Shown here piece by piece: positions 9,800 to 19,865 of a DNA stretch of 64,000 nt (position 1 is its first letter; the number at the start of each line of letters is the position of its first letter). Under the pieces are notes generated by a model. The model had not been told where the DNA came from. It searched no databases and worked only from the letters and a program-made list of their open reading frames with translations. The stretch covers positions 42,316 through 106,315 of IMG/VR virus record IMGVR_UViG_3300032291_002524; one strand, given 5' to 3'. This DNA comes from a virus. Position numbers and translations under genes: made by a program.

Positions 9800-10279
9800 A
9801 TGCAGACGTTCCTACCTTATCCCGATTTTAAAGAAAGTTTCCGAGCCTTAGATAATAAAAGACTCGGAAAACAAAGAGTTGAATCATTTCAAATTTTAAA
9901 TGCGATATTAGGTCGACCAAAAAAAGACGGTAAACCATATAAAGGGTGGTTAAATCATCCGTGTTCGATTATGTGGAAAGAGCACGTTCCGGCCCTTCAA
10001 ATGTATTTTAATGAATGTATTGATGTATGGATTGAACGCGGATTTAAAAATTCGATGGAATATGAAGAATATGTTGGTGAAATAATCTTACCTGATTGGA
10101 TAGGATACGAAGCATTTCACGCATCTCACAGAGCCAATTTACTTAGGAAGGATTTAACATATTATTCACAACATAATTGGGATGAAAATCCTGATGACCC
10201 ATACTTATGGCTAGACGATAACAAAACTTGGTATCAACAAATAGTTGGGTCGAAAAAAAGGGTTTATTTGATTAAATAA
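9800..10279 (+). CDS. Pyrimidine-dimer DNA glycosylase-like protein (MSMEG_6728/DenV-like)
   Basis: MQTFLPY...LDNKRLGKQRVE, HP..MW, HASHRANLLRKD. Confidence 0.85.
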   Translation: MQTFLPYPDFKESFRALDNKRLGKQRVESFQILNAILGRPKKDGKPYKGWLNHPCSIMWKEHVPALQMYFNECIDVWIERGFKNSMEYEEYVGEIILPDWIGYEAFHASHRANLLRKDLTYYSQHNWDENPDDPYLWLDDNKTWYQQIVGSKKRVYLIK

Positions 10280-10307
10280 ACAAAAACAATTAACATTACT
10301 CTGAATT

Positions 10308-10805
10308 ATGGAGACTGTAATAGTATTAAATTTTGATTATACACCATTAAACGTAACTTCTATACGTAGAGGTTTTGTATTAGTGGACAAAGGAAAGGCG
10401 GAGATTTTAAAAGAATATGATGACCCAATTATCACAACAGTTGGTAGGTTGGTGAAACCATTAATTATACGATTATTAAAATTTATCAATTATCATAATA
10501 AGAAAGATTTAAAAATTTCAAGACAAAGAATCTATCAAAGGGATGGATTTCAATGTGTGTATTGCGGTACGTATAAAAATTTAACAATTGACCATGTAAT
10601 GCCTAAGTCACGTGGTGGTGCCAATTCTTGGGAAAATATGGTTACTTGTTGTTTTACTTGTAATTCAAAAAAAGGTAGTAAAACACCTGAAGAGGCAAAT
10701 ATGTCAATGAGAGTTCGTCCGTATAAACCATCGGTATTCTCAGAATTGGTTGCAGGAAGGGCTGCAAATATTTGGCAAAGTCTTCAGAAAGAAATTTTTA
10801 ATTAA
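10308..10805 (+). CDS. HNH endonuclease (McrA-like)
   Basis: RDGFQCVYCG...TIDHVMPKSRGG.NSWENMVTCC..CNSKK. Confidence 0.92.
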   Translation: METVIVLNFDYTPLNVTSIRRGFVLVDKGKAEILKEYDDPIITTVGRLVKPLIIRLLKFINYHNKKDLKISRQRIYQRDGFQCVYCGTYKNLTIDHVMPKSRGGANSWENMVTCCFTCNSKKGSKTPEEANMSMRVRPYKPSVFSELVAGRAANIWQSLQKEIFN

Positions 10806-10838
10806 AAAAAAAAGGTGTCTCACGACACCTTCTTTTTA
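10805..10838. terminator. Bidirectional intrinsic terminator
   Basis: A-run-AGGTGTC-TCAC-GACACCT-T-run between convergent genes. Confidence 0.8.
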
Positions 10839-10868
10839 GATTTGGACCCCTCCTCCCTGTTAGACAGT

Positions 10869-11516
10869 TTATCCGATAACAGTACTTCTAATCTGTTCGG
10901 CTTTTGAATCCATTTTATCATTAATTTTGTTCAAATCGTCTCCAATTTGTGAACTGATTTTACCTGATAAATTTGCCAAGTATCTTTCATCGTTCATTAA
11001 TGACATAACAGTATTTTTAAATACTTGTCCGGTTTTACCCCCTAACTGTTGGTCGATTCCTGATGTTACTATATTATCTTGAAATCCTTTAATGTATCCT
11101 TTCGCAATTTTATCGGCAATAAAATCATTATCAGAAAAAAGTTTTGGTACTTCTTCATTCGGAGTTGAAACAATTTCGGTTTTAACTGATTCAGATGCCC
11201 ATGGGTCGATATCCATTTTTGTTGTTACCCAATCACCCATTCTATTTTTAACTGTGTCCCAAAAATCTGAATCAAAATCACCAAATAAAGATTGTAATAT
11301 ATTGAATAACGATTCGTTAATATTTTGTTTATTGAATTTCTTATTATTGAACTTAACAACTTTATATTGTATCTGTTCGAATAATGAATCCAAATCATCA
11401 CATGATTTTAAAGTTGAGAATTGGTTATTCAATATTTTTGTTTCCAAAATAAAAGAACTTTTTTTTTGGTTATTCTCTTTTAATAATTCTTTATGAATTT
11501 TCCCTTTTAAGTCCAT
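10869..11516 (-). CDS. Hypothetical protein, probably virion/head-internal
   Basis: 215-aa ORF with an N-terminal KIHKELLKE leader and upstream TATTTAT box. Confidence 0.55.
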   Translation of the reverse strand: MDLKGKIHKELLKENNQKKSSFILETKILNNQFSTLKSCDDLDSLFEQIQYKVVKFNNKKFNKQNINESLFNILQSLFGDFDSDFWDTVKNRMGDWVTTKMDIDPWASESVKTEIVSTPNEEVPKLFSDNDFIADKIAKGYIKGFQDNIVTSGIDQQLGGKTGQVFKNTVMSLMNDERYLANLSGKISSQIGDDLNKINDKMDSKAEQIRSTVIG

Positions 11517-11529
11517 AATAATAAATATC

Positions 11530-14394
11530 TTAACTTGTTGAATTATTTACTGTGGGTGTTTCGGGTTTATTAAAAATATCTTTATTAATGTTGAATGGGT
11601 TTTGTAAATTACCAATTCTATTCATGTCAGATATTTTTAATCTGAATTTATTTCTGTGTTTGGCAATACACCACTCAACCGAGTTTTTAATACTTGTCAA
11701 AGTAACATCAGTTTCAATACCCTTCATATTACCAACTGATATTGATTGTTGTATAACAGGTATTTTCTTAGAATATGTATCAATCAACATTCTACACGTA
11801 TCCCAATCAGGGTTACCTGTTAAATCAACTCGTTTGGAATATATTAAAATGTCTTTAACATTTTTATTGTTCGCAAATTCTGAAGATACTATTGGTTTTT
11901 GATTACTTGTTGGAGGTGTTTCAGATGTTGTTTTTGGTTTCGATTTTAAATTTGGGTAGAGATTAATAACTAAATCAGTATCAATTTCACCTGTCACGGG
12001 TAATTGATTTTGTTTCTGATATTCAATAATAAAATTAGAAAACTCTTTTGTCATCACAGGACCTTGTTCGGTCTCATAACCCATTTGTGTTTTAATTTTC
12101 GAAATAGTATCTGATTTATCTGGATATTGATAGTTATCACTATTGGTTTTTAGTGATATATTACCATCGTTGGCGATAGTATTAATGGTTATGTTAGATT
12201 TATCATTATATGACTTTGGTACCAACACATTATTAATAATCCTTAAAACAACGTATTCATCGGATTGTTCCAAAATTAAATTTAATAGACTATTAAACCT
12301 TTCTAATTGTAAGTCTATTGATATTTTTTTCCCCGATAAATCTTTTTCATATTCTTTGGGTATTGCAATTTGATAAATATTATTTCCATATTTTTCATAA
12401 ATTGTTCTAACATATGCTAATGGAACTGATATATTTAAATCTTTAGATTTTGTAAGAATTTCGGTAATTAGATTTGTATCTAATGGAATAGTAATCGGTT
12501 CTCTCGAATTTTTAGTGTAAAACTTAAATAATCTGTTTAATTTTTCAATTTCAGAACCACCAGTTATGTTGGTATCATCTTTAACATTAGATTTAACCGA
12601 TAAATAATCATCTTTATATAGATTCCAAGCTTTTGACGTTGATGGCCCGTAATAACCATATCCCTGACCTTTATTTAATTTACCACCCTTTAACCATGTT
12701 GGGTAATTAGTGTCTAGCCAATCTTGAAATTGTTGTACTTTACCCGGACCTGGAAAAGTTTTAACATCACCACCTGATGTTTTAACTTTATTTAATTTTG
12801 TATTATCTTTTTTTTTTGTTTTGTTTAAAACAGGTTGTTCTTTTAATATTCTAGCCAAACCAATAACATTTTCGTTCATTTTTTGAACCCAAGGCCAAGT
12901 AAATATAATTTTACTAAACTCAGGATGGTCTTTCATTAATTCAGTAGAAACTTCAGTATATACTGTTTCTGGGTCTAATGATAATTCTAATAAATCTTGG
13001 TTATTTGGTACTTTTTTATTTTTAATAATTTCATTAAATAAATTACTAATCTTTTCATTTTCCTTATTTGTACCTGCTTTTGACCAAATTCTATCAACAT
13101 ATCTTTTTAAATCATTAAGAATTTTAGTTCTTGTATTATAATCAAAAGTAATTGTTTCACCATCACGATTTATGGCTTTTAATATCACATTTTTATCGGA
13201 ATTATTGAATGGAATCCAATCAGAATTTTCATTTCTTGAATCTAATTTAATTTGCATTTGTGAGTATCCATCGACACCACCATAAGATTTTGTAACTGCC
13301 TTCATAACAGTGTTTATGGATTCTAATGTTGAAACATCACTTGTCATAACCGTTAAAAATTGAAAGTCAGGATTTATACTATTTTCACTAAAAACAATAT
13401 TATCAATATTTTTAATATTTTGTTCACGTAAAAACCTTAAAAGACTTTGTCCTCCTGAAAGTTCTTGAAATTTTGATAAAAAATAAATAAAATTAATTCC
13501 GTCAAAATTTGTCGTTATATTGTTAAATAACTCCTCAACTTCACCTGTTGTTGTTTTAAACCAACTTTTTGTGTTGAAAAAATCTTGAGCGTATTTATCC
13601 ATTTCCGCTTTATTTTCTTCTGTAATGCCATAAATATTTGATATTTCTTCAGGTGATAAACCTGATGTTAAAATATCTTGATTATTTAAAAGTAGTTTAA
13701 ATAACTTAGCTCCTTTTGTTTTTAACGACTCATCAATAATAGTATTTAAAGAACTTCCACCTTCATTAAGAAGTCTATATAACGGTTTTAGAAGACCCGT
13801 AGACGCTAAAATAGACAAACCCCAAAAATATTTTGATTTTAACATTGGAACAACCAATTCTTTTGAGCCTTTAATAACATCTTTTAAAATTGGTAATATA
13901 CCAACTTTAAGTGTAAATCCTTGTATTTCCTTTTCAAATCTACCATATTGTTCTCCCTCTAATAATTGTTTAAAAGTACTTAAAAATTTTCCTTTAGTTA
14001 AATCATCAGAATTTTTAAAATCACTTTTAAATGTTTCCGCTAATTCTTTAATATACTTAGGGTCAATGTCATCTAACCTACTATTTAATTCTTTAATAAA
14101 ATTTTTTTGATTTGTATTAAAATTTTTAATATCAATATTATCTAATTTATTTAATTCATCTAACAATTTTGTTTTAGTATCTATTTTTTCGGTAACTTCA
14201 ACGCCACTTCTATATGGTGATTCTTTCTTTATTTCAAGATTAAAACCTTTCACATCGTTATCGTCAAGAGCATTTAACTTATTAATTAGTTTTGGCTTAA
14301 TTCCGTCTGAGAATTTAAATTTAATTATTGACGCTTCATTAATTGCCATCAAATTTTTTATATGAGTTATTTCATTAATAATATTATTTTTCAT
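11530..14394 (-). CDS. Large virion-type protein with peptidoglycan-binding-like motifs and a hydrophobic segment
   Basis: 954 aa; FQDWLD...GYYGPSTSKAW and YQKQNQLPVTGEID resemble PG-binding repeats. Confidence 0.55.
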   Translation of the reverse strand: MKNNIINEITHIKNLMAINEASIIKFKFSDGIKPKLINKLNALDDNDVKGFNLEIKKESPYRSGVEVTEKIDTKTKLLDELNKLDNIDIKNFNTNQKNFIKELNSRLDDIDPKYIKELAETFKSDFKNSDDLTKGKFLSTFKQLLEGEQYGRFEKEIQGFTLKVGILPILKDVIKGSKELVVPMLKSKYFWGLSILASTGLLKPLYRLLNEGGSSLNTIIDESLKTKGAKLFKLLLNNQDILTSGLSPEEISNIYGITEENKAEMDKYAQDFFNTKSWFKTTTGEVEELFNNITTNFDGINFIYFLSKFQELSGGQSLLRFLREQNIKNIDNIVFSENSINPDFQFLTVMTSDVSTLESINTVMKAVTKSYGGVDGYSQMQIKLDSRNENSDWIPFNNSDKNVILKAINRDGETITFDYNTRTKILNDLKRYVDRIWSKAGTNKENEKISNLFNEIIKNKKVPNNQDLLELSLDPETVYTEVSTELMKDHPEFSKIIFTWPWVQKMNENVIGLARILKEQPVLNKTKKKDNTKLNKVKTSGGDVKTFPGPGKVQQFQDWLDTNYPTWLKGGKLNKGQGYGYYGPSTSKAWNLYKDDYLSVKSNVKDDTNITGGSEIEKLNRLFKFYTKNSREPITIPLDTNLITEILTKSKDLNISVPLAYVRTIYEKYGNNIYQIAIPKEYEKDLSGKKISIDLQLERFNSLLNLILEQSDEYVVLRIINNVLVPKSYNDKSNITINTIANDGNISLKTNSDNYQYPDKSDTISKIKTQMGYETEQGPVMTKEFSNFIIEYQKQNQLPVTGEIDTDLVINLYPNLKSKPKTTSETPPTSNQKPIVSSEFANNKNVKDILIYSKRVDLTGNPDWDTCRMLIDTYSKKIPVIQQSISVGNMKGIETDVTLTSIKNSVEWCIAKHRNKFRLKISDMNRIGNLQNPFNINKDIFNKPETPTVNNSTS

Positions 14395-14446
14395 ATTTTA
14401 TAAATATATATTTTTTTTATTTAGTGTACCTATTAAACTTTAGAAA

Positions 14447-15901
14447 TTAAACACAAACATTTTTACCATTAATTTGAATTGAGTCTGGGTCACCATAAAT
14501 TAAAGACGCCGGAATATTGTTTATCATTAAAATAGTTCCTTTTTCACCTCCTAAAACATACTTAGCACTACCTTTCTTATATTGGTTTTGTAAATATTGA
14601 TTACAAGGTGAATCAATTACTTGTAAAACTTCCTCCATATATGTGTTTGGATTTTCATTTGCAATTTTAATAGATTCTTCTTTCAACTCAGATAATAATT
14701 CATTTCCTTTACTTATTATAATTTCTTTTGTTGGATTTTCTAAGTTTTTAACTTCATCATTTGAAGTATTACCTAAATTAATAATGTTTGTTGTGTCTTT
14801 TTCAGGTACTATTTTACCAGCTAATCTAAATTGTTCAGATGACGGTGTAACACCTTTTTTCTGCCATAAATCAGGTCCTCCTGCAATTAATCTTAATTCA
14901 TCAATACCTAAACCAATTGTTGAATTTAATAATGGACTAACCGTTTGTGAGATTTTTTCTTCATTAATTTTAATTAATGCAACCATAGCACCTGCAACAG
15001 GTAATGCATTTAAAAATAAAATACTAACATATCCGGCAATTGCGGTACCAAGTAATTGAGATAATTTTTTATTAATGTATTCTACAACTTTTTTAATTGG
15101 TTCTGTTATTGGTTTACCAATGTTACCAAAACTTTTAATAAATTTTGTTATCCAAACTTTAATGGTTTGAATTAACCCATCAATTTGTTTTACATTTTTT
15201 CTAATCCATTGTGAAGCGTTTTTAGCCCCTTTAAATGACGCACCTATTGTACCAAATAACGCAACGGTATATGCACTTTCTTTAACTCTATTCCATTTTT
15301 CATCACTATTCGGGTCATTAATCGCATATAAAAAATCAATTAATAATATTAAAACGTCAACACCCCAATCAATTATTTGAACTGCAAGAAATCCAAGACC
15401 TTCTGTGACTGAACCAAATGCAACACTAATTGCTGTTTGCATAACCTGCATGGATGTTGATTGCCATATACTTCTAAATTCTAAAAACCATTTATATAGT
15501 GTTGATATGTCTGATGGAATAGTTCTTAGTGGTTTTAATTTGCTGGCAATTTCTAAAGTTTGTTTATCAATACCTAAACTTCTTGGGTACCATCCTTGTG
15601 GACCTAAAACATCTGATTGTGGTATTTCAGGTTCATTAATCGGTATCGGTTTTGCAATTATACCTAAAGAAGGCTGTATTTTTTTAGGATATTGTGACGG
15701 TGTTAAATTAGGATATAATGTTGACGCTCTACGAACATTCGAAGGTATTTGTATTGGTCCACCACCTTTTAAATTACCTGAATTATCATAATAAAAAGTA
15801 TTTTGTTCTAAAATTAATATTTTATTTTCCGATAATGTTTTTGATGAATCATAATTCATCTTTAATAAAATATCTCTTAAAATTTCTTGATGATTGTTCA
15901 T
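14447..15901 (-). CDS. Protein with several hydrophobic helices, possibly ejected or membrane-inserting
   Basis: 484 aa with central apolar helices; N-terminal LSE..ILEQ leader. Confidence 0.5.
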   Translation of the reverse strand: MNNHQEILRDILLKMNYDSSKTLSENKILILEQNTFYYDNSGNLKGGGPIQIPSNVRRASTLYPNLTPSQYPKKIQPSLGIIAKPIPINEPEIPQSDVLGPQGWYPRSLGIDKQTLEIASKLKPLRTIPSDISTLYKWFLEFRSIWQSTSMQVMQTAISVAFGSVTEGLGFLAVQIIDWGVDVLILLIDFLYAINDPNSDEKWNRVKESAYTVALFGTIGASFKGAKNASQWIRKNVKQIDGLIQTIKVWITKFIKSFGNIGKPITEPIKKVVEYINKKLSQLLGTAIAGYVSILFLNALPVAGAMVALIKINEEKISQTVSPLLNSTIGLGIDELRLIAGGPDLWQKKGVTPSSEQFRLAGKIVPEKDTTNIINLGNTSNDEVKNLENPTKEIIISKGNELLSELKEESIKIANENPNTYMEEVLQVIDSPCNQYLQNQYKKGSAKYVLGGEKGTILMINNIPASLIYGDPDSIQINGKNVCV

Positions 15902-16200
15902 AATAATGTATTTCCTTTACCTCTGACAACACCTGAATCCCATTTAGTGTTACCAATTTGGTTCCCTTTACCTCTTTTAACACCCGACTCCCATTTAGTA
16001 TTACCAATTTGATTACCTTTACCTCTTTTAACACCCGAATCCCACTTTGTCACAGTTGGATAACCTTCTTTTCCCCCACCACTAGATGGCGTTGGTGTTT
16101 CAATCTCATCTTCTGATAATTCTTCATCTTCTGATAATTCTTCATCTTCAGATAGAAATCTAATCAAATCTTTAATTTTTTTTATTTCGTCATTTATCAT
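15898..16200 (-). CDS. Small repeat protein (acidic LSEDEE repeats, then three basic KW.SGV.RGKGN repeats)
   Basis: Translation shows both repeat types. Confidence 0.75.
   Translation of the reverse strand: MINDEIKKIKDLIRFLSEDEELSEDEELSEDEIETPTPSSGGGKEGYPTVTKWDSGVKRGKGNQIGNTKWESGVKRGKGNQIGNTKWDSGVVRGKGNTLL
15911..16046. repeat. 51-bp tandem repeat, about 2.7 copies
   Basis: CCTTTACCTCT...ACACC.GA.TCCCA recurs at 51-nt spacing. Confidence 0.85.
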
Positions 16201-16227
16201 TAAATATAAATATCGTTCAACAATTAA

Positions 16228-16521
16228 TTATTCATATTCTAATGATGGTAACTTATCAGGATAGACAACGTAGAACTCATTTAAAAAAGATATCAATTCA
16301 TCTTCATCGATATAATCAAAAAAATCATTGTCATCCGATGAATCATCATCTTCAAATAAAAACTCAGTTATAGGTGTTAAAAATCCATATCCAAATTCAT
16401 CAAAGTATGTATTTTCGATTTCATCGATTCTAACCATATCTTCATCGTCATTAACTAATCTAAAAACAACCTCAGTTGTTTTTTCATTTTGATTATATGA
16501 TAATAGTTCTAAAATTTCCAT
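16228..16521 (-). CDS. Acidic hypothetical protein
   Basis: 97-aa ORF in the minus-strand block. Confidence 0.6.
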   Translation of the reverse strand: MEILELLSYNQNEKTTEVVFRLVNDDEDMVRIDEIENTYFDEFGYGFLTPITEFLFEDDDSSDDNDFFDYIDEDELISFLNEFYVVYPDKLPSLEYE

Positions 16522-16579
16522 TTTTAGTTTTATTATTGTGTTCTAAGTAAAATATTTAGTTTTTATCTAAAAGATAGGT

Positions 16580-17236
16580 TTAATTATAATTAGTAAATCT
16601 TTTAAACCAATTTAACGATTCTTTAATTGATTCTTTAACGTCTTCAATTTGTTCATCGTCTTCCATTTCGGCGAACATTCCATCTGTTGCCAAAGGTCCG
16701 TCAGAATCGAATTCATAGGCCGGTTTTTCGTTAGGATACATTTCCATACCGTCGGCAGATAAATCCAAACTTAGGTCATCTTTATCTTCTAATGAATATT
16801 TTAAATCATCATCGAATTGTTCAGGACCTTTTGAATCAAAGTCATATGCACCGAAATCAATATCACCGTAAGGTTCTTGAATACCAGCATAAACTTCTTC
16901 ATCAACTTCCTGTTCAACATAATCAAATGAACCATATTTAGGTTCAGCAACCTGCCCTTCCATTTTATACCCACATTTCATACATTCACCTTCATACATT
17001 GTGCCGCCACATTCGCATGTCATTTCTTTACTTTCGCGTAAGTTCAGATTCGAGTATGTTCTTACATTACCATTAGAAGTAACTTGAACTCCGTTTTTAT
17101 CACCTGCAGGGTCATAAACACGAATTCTATTATCGGGTTTGGGTAGTTGCATGGTTTGATAACCATTATATATTGAACTGTGTTGTGATAACAACGCTTG
17201 TTTTTCTTCTTCTGATATATTTAACATGTATTTCAT
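16580..17236 (-). CDS. Acidic protein with a zinc ribbon and an NISEEEK leader
   Basis: CECGG...ECMKCG; leader resembles that of 56808. Confidence 0.6.
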   Translation of the reverse strand: MKYMLNISEEEKQALLSQHSSIYNGYQTMQLPKPDNRIRVYDPAGDKNGVQVTSNGNVRTYSNLNLRESKEMTCECGGTMYEGECMKCGYKMEGQVAEPKYGSFDYVEQEVDEEVYAGIQEPYGDIDFGAYDFDSKGPEQFDDDLKYSLEDKDDLSLDLSADGMEMYPNEKPAYEFDSDGPLATDGMFAEMEDDEQIEDVKESIKESLNWFKRFTNYN

Positions 17237-17286
17237 AACAATAAATATAGTTGATTATGATAAATGTATTTCATATCATTTTTCTT

Positions 17287-17682
17287 ATGAAAAAATATTT
17301 ACTATTACTTTTTAGTTTTCTAACCACAAGTGTATTCGCACAATATTCAACATCTAAAATTAAAACCAATTTCATCAGCTCATCGAAAATGATTTGGAAC
17401 TACCAAGAAGATAAATGGGATTTTAAACCAAATAATGACATTGAAAGTTTTACCACAAATTGGACATTTTCTGTGAATAGTTCAAACCAAGGAATGGTGA
17501 CTAATGGGACAATAAATTATGATATTTTAGAATATAACTATGTGGATGAAACCACGGTCTTATTAAGACTTTATAATGTTAATGTTTCAAGAGAAATGCA
17601 TATGGTCGTTTTGAAAAAAGACGGTAAATTTGTAATATCCATTTTTGACTATAACCAAAGAATTGCCTACTTTTTCTTATGA
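17287..17682 (+). CDS. Secreted hypothetical protein
   Basis: Signal peptide MKKYLLLLFSFLTTSVFA-Q. Confidence 0.7.
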   Translation: MKKYLLLLFSFLTTSVFAQYSTSKIKTNFISSSKMIWNYQEDKWDFKPNNDIESFTTNWTFSVNSSNQGMVTNGTINYDILEYNYVDETTVLLRLYNVNVSREMHMVVLKKDGKFVISIFDYNQRIAYFFL

Positions 17683-17978
17683 TTAATAAAGAAATAGATT
17701 TAGACGATTACGCCGAAGGTGCGGTAATGCTTGATGGATTTGAAGATTGTATAATTGGAGTTGTTGAAGAATTTGGCAATGGTCGAAGATTATTATATGA
17801 TAAACAAAAAATGATTAATAAACTTTGTTCAGATAATTTAATGACCAAACATGAATCCGAAGAGTTTTTCATTTATAACATATTGGGGTTACATGTTAAC
17901 GAACAAAACGCGTTGTTCTTAGACCAAAAGATAACACCAGTAATTTCTGAAGGTCATATAACTTATAATGTTGAATGA
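17679..17978 (+). CDS. Conserved phage hypothetical protein
   Basis: LDGFEDCIIG...YD..KMI...EEFF.YNI.G pattern; ATGA overlap. Confidence 0.7.
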   Translation: MINKEIDLDDYAEGAVMLDGFEDCIIGVVEEFGNGRRLLYDKQKMINKLCSDNLMTKHESEEFFIYNILGLHVNEQNALFLDQKITPVISEGHITYNVE

Positions 17979-18334
17979 AACGAAATCAATTAACATATGG
18001 GACTGAAATCGGTTCACAACTTGTTAAAGTTGATTTAAATATGTTTGAACTATATAAAGAACAAAAATTAAATATAACCGACAAACATTATCATCAAAAA
18101 ATCGAAGACATAAAACAAGATATAATTGATTTATTGAATGAAAAAAAATGGAACGATATTGTGTGGATGACAATCAAATTCAAACCACAAGAAACCGTAA
18201 AAGTTCATTTATATATTAAAGAAGATGGTGAATATTTAACATCTTTAATAGGTCCAAAAGAATGGAATAAGAATTACGAGCATATTGGTCAATTTGTTTT
18301 ATCATCAGAATCAAATACTTTTAGGAAAATTTAA
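17975..18334 (+). CDS. Hypothetical protein
   Basis: 119-aa ORF with an ATGA overlap. Confidence 0.65.
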   Translation: MKRNQLTYGTEIGSQLVKVDLNMFELYKEQKLNITDKHYHQKIEDIKQDIIDLLNEKKWNDIVWMTIKFKPQETVKVHLYIKEDGEYLTSLIGPKEWNKNYEHIGQFVLSSESNTFRKI

Positions 18335-18356
18335 TTTTTTTGATTAACTTTGTAAT

Positions 18357-19007
18357 ATGAAATTAGTTTTAAAACCAGGACAAAAATTATTTTTTACCAG
18401 TGATACGCATTATAATCACTCAAATATTTGTCGAGCGACCACAAATTGGGTTGGTTCTGAAAATTTGACTCGTGATTTTAAATCTTTGGAGCACATGAAT
18501 TCAACTTTGGTTAATAATATTAATGAAGTTGTTGGTGAAGATGATATTTTAATCCACTTGGGAGACTGGTCTTTCGGCGGATTTGAACAAATTGAAGAAT
18601 TTAGAAATAAAATCTTGTGTAAGAATATTCATTTGATTTATGGTAATCATGACCATCACATTAGAAGAAATAAAGAAAATATTCAACGATTATTTTCTTC
18701 AACCCAAGATTATTTAAATCTTGATTTAAGAATTCCTAATGGGAAAAATACTGATAAATTAACATTAGTTTGTATGCACTACCCAATCGCAAGTTGGGAC
18801 AGCATGAACAACGGTGTTATACATTTACACGGTCACGTTCACTTACCACCAAACCTGAGAATTGCGGAAGGTAGAGCCATGGATGTCGGTGTTGATGGTA
18901 ATAACCTATATCCAATTTCGATTCAAGAAATCAAATCTTTAATGAAAGGTAGACCGGTTAAAAAATTGGTTTTACCGAAAGACCATCACGAAACAAATAA
19001 TAAATAA
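18357..19007 (+). CDS. Calcineurin-like metallophosphoesterase
   Basis: SDTH, LGD, GNHD, HYP and HGHVH motifs. Confidence 0.92.
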   Translation: MKLVLKPGQKLFFTSDTHYNHSNICRATTNWVGSENLTRDFKSLEHMNSTLVNNINEVVGEDDILIHLGDWSFGGFEQIEEFRNKILCKNIHLIYGNHDHHIRRNKENIQRLFSSTQDYLNLDLRIPNGKNTDKLTLVCMHYPIASWDSMNNGVIHLHGHVHLPPNLRIAEGRAMDVGVDGNNLYPISIQEIKSLMKGRPVKKLVLPKDHHETNNK

Positions 19008-19019
19008 TAAAATTAAAAC

Positions 19020-19439
19020 ATGGAAAATATCACAAACGATAAAGTAATTATACTATTGCGTGGAATTCCTGGCTCGGGCAAATCCACTATAGCTAAAATG
19101 ATTGTGGGAAATGAAAAAGAGTACCGTCACAAAGAAGCTGACATGTATTTTGTTGACGAAAATGGTGATTATAAGTTTAAACCAAGTCAAATAAGAGATG
19201 CTCATCAATGGTGTCAAGAAAGTGTTGATTTTTTAATGAGTCATTCTCATTCCCCTGTCGTGGTATCAAACACATTCACACAAGAATGGGAAATGGAACC
19301 ATATTACAAAATGGCTGAAAAGTATGGTTATAGAGTTCACTCACTAATTGTTGAAAACCGCCACGGTGGTATAAATGAACACGGTGTTCCTGAAGACAAG
19401 TTACAAGCGATGAGAGACCGATTTGAAGTAAAATTATAA
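19020..19439 (+). CDS. P-loop polynucleotide kinase-like protein (AAA_33)
   Basis: LRGIPGSGKST, EADMYF, VSNT, HGVP. Confidence 0.85.
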   Translation: MENITNDKVIILLRGIPGSGKSTIAKMIVGNEKEYRHKEADMYFVDENGDYKFKPSQIRDAHQWCQESVDFLMSHSHSPVVVSNTFTQEWEMEPYYKMAEKYGYRVHSLIVENRHGGINEHGVPEDKLQAMRDRFEVKL

Positions 19440-19457
19440 AAAAATTATAAAAAAATT

Positions 19458-19856
19458 ATGAAAAAAATATTATTTCTATTATTCTTGTTACCCATGTCTA
19501 TATTTGGACAATATGTAATGACACCAACCCATTATGATTCGGAGCACGCGGCCAAACATATAATGAAAGGACATATTAAAATGTTTGTTTCAGACACTGT
19601 AAAGTTTGTGACTGAAAAAAAACGTGAGAGATATATTACTGATTGCGACGCAACACCAAATCAAGTAAAGACCAAATTAGATAAAGTATTTAAACAAGGT
19701 ATTCTTGAACATGTTAGCAAACGAGATGGTGGATACATTTTTACCATTGCTGTTATTGACCCAAACGATAATACCAAAATTATTAATTATTGTACCTTTC
19801 ATGTTGATGAATTAAATCAAAAAATTACTGAAATTGAAATTTTACTAGGAGAATAA
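19458..19856 (+). CDS. Secreted hypothetical protein
   Basis: Signal peptide MKKILFLLFLLPMSIFG-Q. Confidence 0.65.
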   Translation: MKKILFLLFLLPMSIFGQYVMTPTHYDSEHAAKHIMKGHIKMFVSDTVKFVTEKKRERYITDCDATPNQVKTKLDKVFKQGILEHVSKRDGGYIFTIAVIDPNDNTKIINYCTFHVDELNQKITEIEILLGE

Positions 19857-19865
19857 AAACAAACT

